Shown here in pieces: positions 24,474 through 26,125 of a stretch of 26,125 nucleotides of DNA. The notes below the pieces were generated by a model. That model was not told the origin of the DNA and did not search any database. It saw nothing but the letters and a program-made list of their open reading frames with translations. The stretch covers positions 1-26,125 of the IMG/VR virus record IMGVR_UViG_3300016659_000060. The stretch is one strand, 5' to 3'. The stretch's first letter is position 1. Each line of letters begins with the position of its first letter. The position numbers and the translations under genes are program-made. This stretch comes from a virus (Duplodnaviria; Caudoviricetes).

Positions 24474-24726
24474 AAACCTAGAAAAAAATGTAATTTTGTA
24501 ATTTTCGGTTTTTTTACCCTCTCAACCCTTATAAAATAAGGGTTTTTTAATTACAACCGTTTTGTAATCTAGGGTTTTGAAGAAAATGTAAAAATGTAAT
24601 TATATTTTATGTTACATTTTTTTTGTAATTCACGTTACAAATCAAAGTATAAAATGTAACTAATAAACCCCTATAAACACTGGGCATTTCCGCAGAGGTT
24701 ACAAAATTACATTTTTTTCTAGGTTT
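24474..24726. repeat. Perfect 28-bp inverted repeat enclosing 197 bp rich in TGTAA/TTACA pentamers (candidate origin or invertible segment)
   Basis: AAACCTAGAAAAAAATGTAATTTTGTAA at 24474-24501 and its exact reverse complement at 24699-24726. Confidence 0.85.
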
Positions 24727-24827
24727 ATTTTAAAATGGGGGGTTGGGGTAAAAGTAGGTAAGAATTCGCGTACTTTGCTTTTTTAGCGAGTACTTACAAA
24801 AATGTATTTTGATTAACCAATGACCCT

Positions 24828-25118
24828 ATGCCATTTACTGATGACCAAATAAGCCAAATGCAGCTCCTTTTCAAGCGAATTGAACCTACTACCATAGAAA
24901 GTCTTCAGGTGTATAAAAAAGAGAACGAGCACCGCACCGGTTGCACCCAGGTGATAAAGAACCGATGGGGCAAACCTATTTGTGTATTTCAAGTATTCGA
25001 GCCACTGAGCAAGTATCGTATGTCGTTATTACTGCGATTATCTGCATCAATCCCGTTTCAAATTCATATACGCGATTCTCGTGAGGACAGAATCACGGTA
25101 GGATGGAAGTGTAAATAA
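24828..25118 (+). CDS. Hypothetical protein (96 aa)
   Basis: ATG ORF ending at a hairpin shared with the convergent gene. Confidence 0.6.
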   Translation: MPFTDDQISQMQLLFKRIEPTTIESLQVYKKENEHRTGCTQVIKNRWGKPICVFQVFEPLSKYRMSLLLRLSASIPFQIHIRDSREDRITVGWKCK

Positions 25119-25144
25119 AAAAACCACTCTGAAGGGAGTGGTTT
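25117..25144. terminator. Terminator hairpin between convergent genes
   Basis: AAACCACTC-TGAAGG-GAGTGGTTT. Confidence 0.7.
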
Positions 25145-25346
25145 ATAGTTCTATGGTTCCGTTACTGAATGGACAATATTGCTTTTTGGGTTTTGGTAAT
25201 AGGTCTGAGTGTTCTCGTTTTATTTTCTCAGCAATAGCCTCACGAATAAATCTGCCAACATCAACCTTAAAACCCTTCATTTTTTGAAGGGTTTTGTGTT
25301 GTGTTTCGGTTATTCTGATAACCTTAGTTTTGGTGTATTGCTTCAT
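25143..25346 (-). CDS. Small ribbon-helix-helix-like DNA-binding protein
   Basis: KTKVIRIT strand followed by two helices (ETQHKTLQKM, VGRFIREAIAEKI). Confidence 0.6.
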   Translation of the reverse strand: MKQYTKTKVIRITETQHKTLQKMKGFKVDVGRFIREAIAEKIKREHSDLLPKPKKQYCPFSNGTIEL

Positions 25347-25391
25347 AATTGTAATACATTTATAAGTACTAGCCAGTAGTTAGCACCAATA

Positions 25392-26036
25392 CTACGAAAC
25401 TGCACAACCAAGAACATATTGTCCTATATTTGGGTCAACGCAATTGCGAATTATTTGGTCTTTTCTATGTTTCAATTTATATTCTCGTAAATCAAAATAA
25501 CCTTTTTCAGAACTTCCTCTTTCATTGTGAGTTAATCCGTCTTTTATTTCTGTTTCAGGTATTTCAAAGTTTGCCCAAAATAAATGCCTACCAAGTTTTG
25601 CAGTTGGTTTTACAAATGGCTCGTAATAAGGCTTTACATTTTCAACTACAAACTTTATATCAGTATTCTTTGTAAAGTTCTGTAAAAAGATTATTTCACT
25701 CCACAATTTCATATCAGGCATTACTGCATCGTAACTTCCACTTTTACTTGCCATCATTCTTACTTTGCTGTGGCTTTGGCAAGGTGGAGAACTCCATATA
25801 AAATCAAACTCTCTCCAATGTTTAGCCAAATAATCGTGTGCATCAGCAACTATTACATTATCGTTTGGGTGTAATTGCTTGTAAACATTTGCGATTTCTT
25901 CATTGTATTCTATTGCGGTAACTTCTACATTTCCCCAATGTTTGCGGTTTCCTCCAATTCCAGCATATAGGTTTAAAACCCGTACTGGTGCTAACATCGG
26001 TTTGGCAAAATTGCCGTTTAGTGCTTCGTTTGACAT
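25392..26036 (-). CDS. Short C5-cytosine DNA methyltransferase
   Basis: Motif I LYAGIGG, motif IV SSPPCQSHS, motif VI VVENV; alternative in-frame ATG at 25997. Confidence 0.9.
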   Translation of the reverse strand: MSNEALNGNFAKPMLAPVRVLNLYAGIGGNRKHWGNVEVTAIEYNEEIANVYKQLHPNDNVIVADAHDYLAKHWREFDFIWSSPPCQSHSKVRMMASKSGSYDAVMPDMKLWSEIIFLQNFTKNTDIKFVVENVKPYYEPFVKPTAKLGRHLFWANFEIPETEIKDGLTHNERGSSEKGYFDLREYKLKHRKDQIIRNCVDPNIGQYVLGCAVS

Positions 26037-26114
26037 TCTATCTTTAATTTAAGCATTTGTAATTCTAATGAAGTTTTGTGTTCGGCAACTTCGCCAAGCC
26101 GAGAAACGTTAGTA
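25982..26114. other. attC-like recombination-site hairpin
   Basis: TGCTAAC (25989-25995), 20-bp imperfect arms 25997-26016 and 26083-26102 (17/20 complementary), then GTTAGTA at 26108. Confidence 0.6.
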
Positions 26115-26125
26115 GCAAGACTACA

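Larger units (their letters stand above)
10479..26125 (-). mobile_element. Prophage/phage genome segment, right part (packaging, head, lysis, tail-fibre and methyltransferase genes)
   Basis: Co-oriented terminase, S49 protease, capsid-like, amidase, holin and tail-fibre-like genes. Confidence 0.92.

Noticed and set aside
24474-24726. MITE/IS interpretation of the 28-bp inverted repeat
   Set aside because: No clear target-site duplication and no transposase; the interior reuses the arm pentamer, which fits a binding-site array better.
1-26125. CRISPR array, tRNA or rRNA genes
   Set aside because: No regularly spaced direct repeats or recognisable RNA-gene sequence seen in the intergenic regions.

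Overview
AT-rich segment of a tailed (pro)phage, most likely from a Flavobacteriaceae/Bacteroidota host (TAnnTTTG-type -7 promoter elements, A-rich leaders). Almost all structural genes are on the minus strand. Read in their direction of transcription (right to left): C5 DNA methyltransferase and a small RHH-like gene; a non-coding repeat-rich region bounded by a perfect 28-bp inverted repeat; a tail-fibre-like module; holin, amidase and unimolecular-spanin-like lysis genes; S49 head protease; a 713-aa major capsid protein; further virion and packaging genes; the large terminase; then a portal-like gene and head-completion-like genes. A ~6.5-kb accessory block of two convergent operons lies between terminase and portal: a RadC/JAB cluster on plus, and a translationally coupled SNF2-like helicase-IbrB(ParB-like)-IbrA(PP-loop)-XRE operon on minus. 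The most notable signals are (1) an integron-cassette-like architecture around the methyltransferase at the right end, (2) the helicase-IbrAB operon with its own operator-like palindrome, (3) a GTCAC-N22-YAnnWTYG promoter motif repeated four times before late genes, and (4) the inverted-repeat/pentamer region at 24.5-24.7 kb. All functional calls come from motif recognition by eye; no database searches were run.
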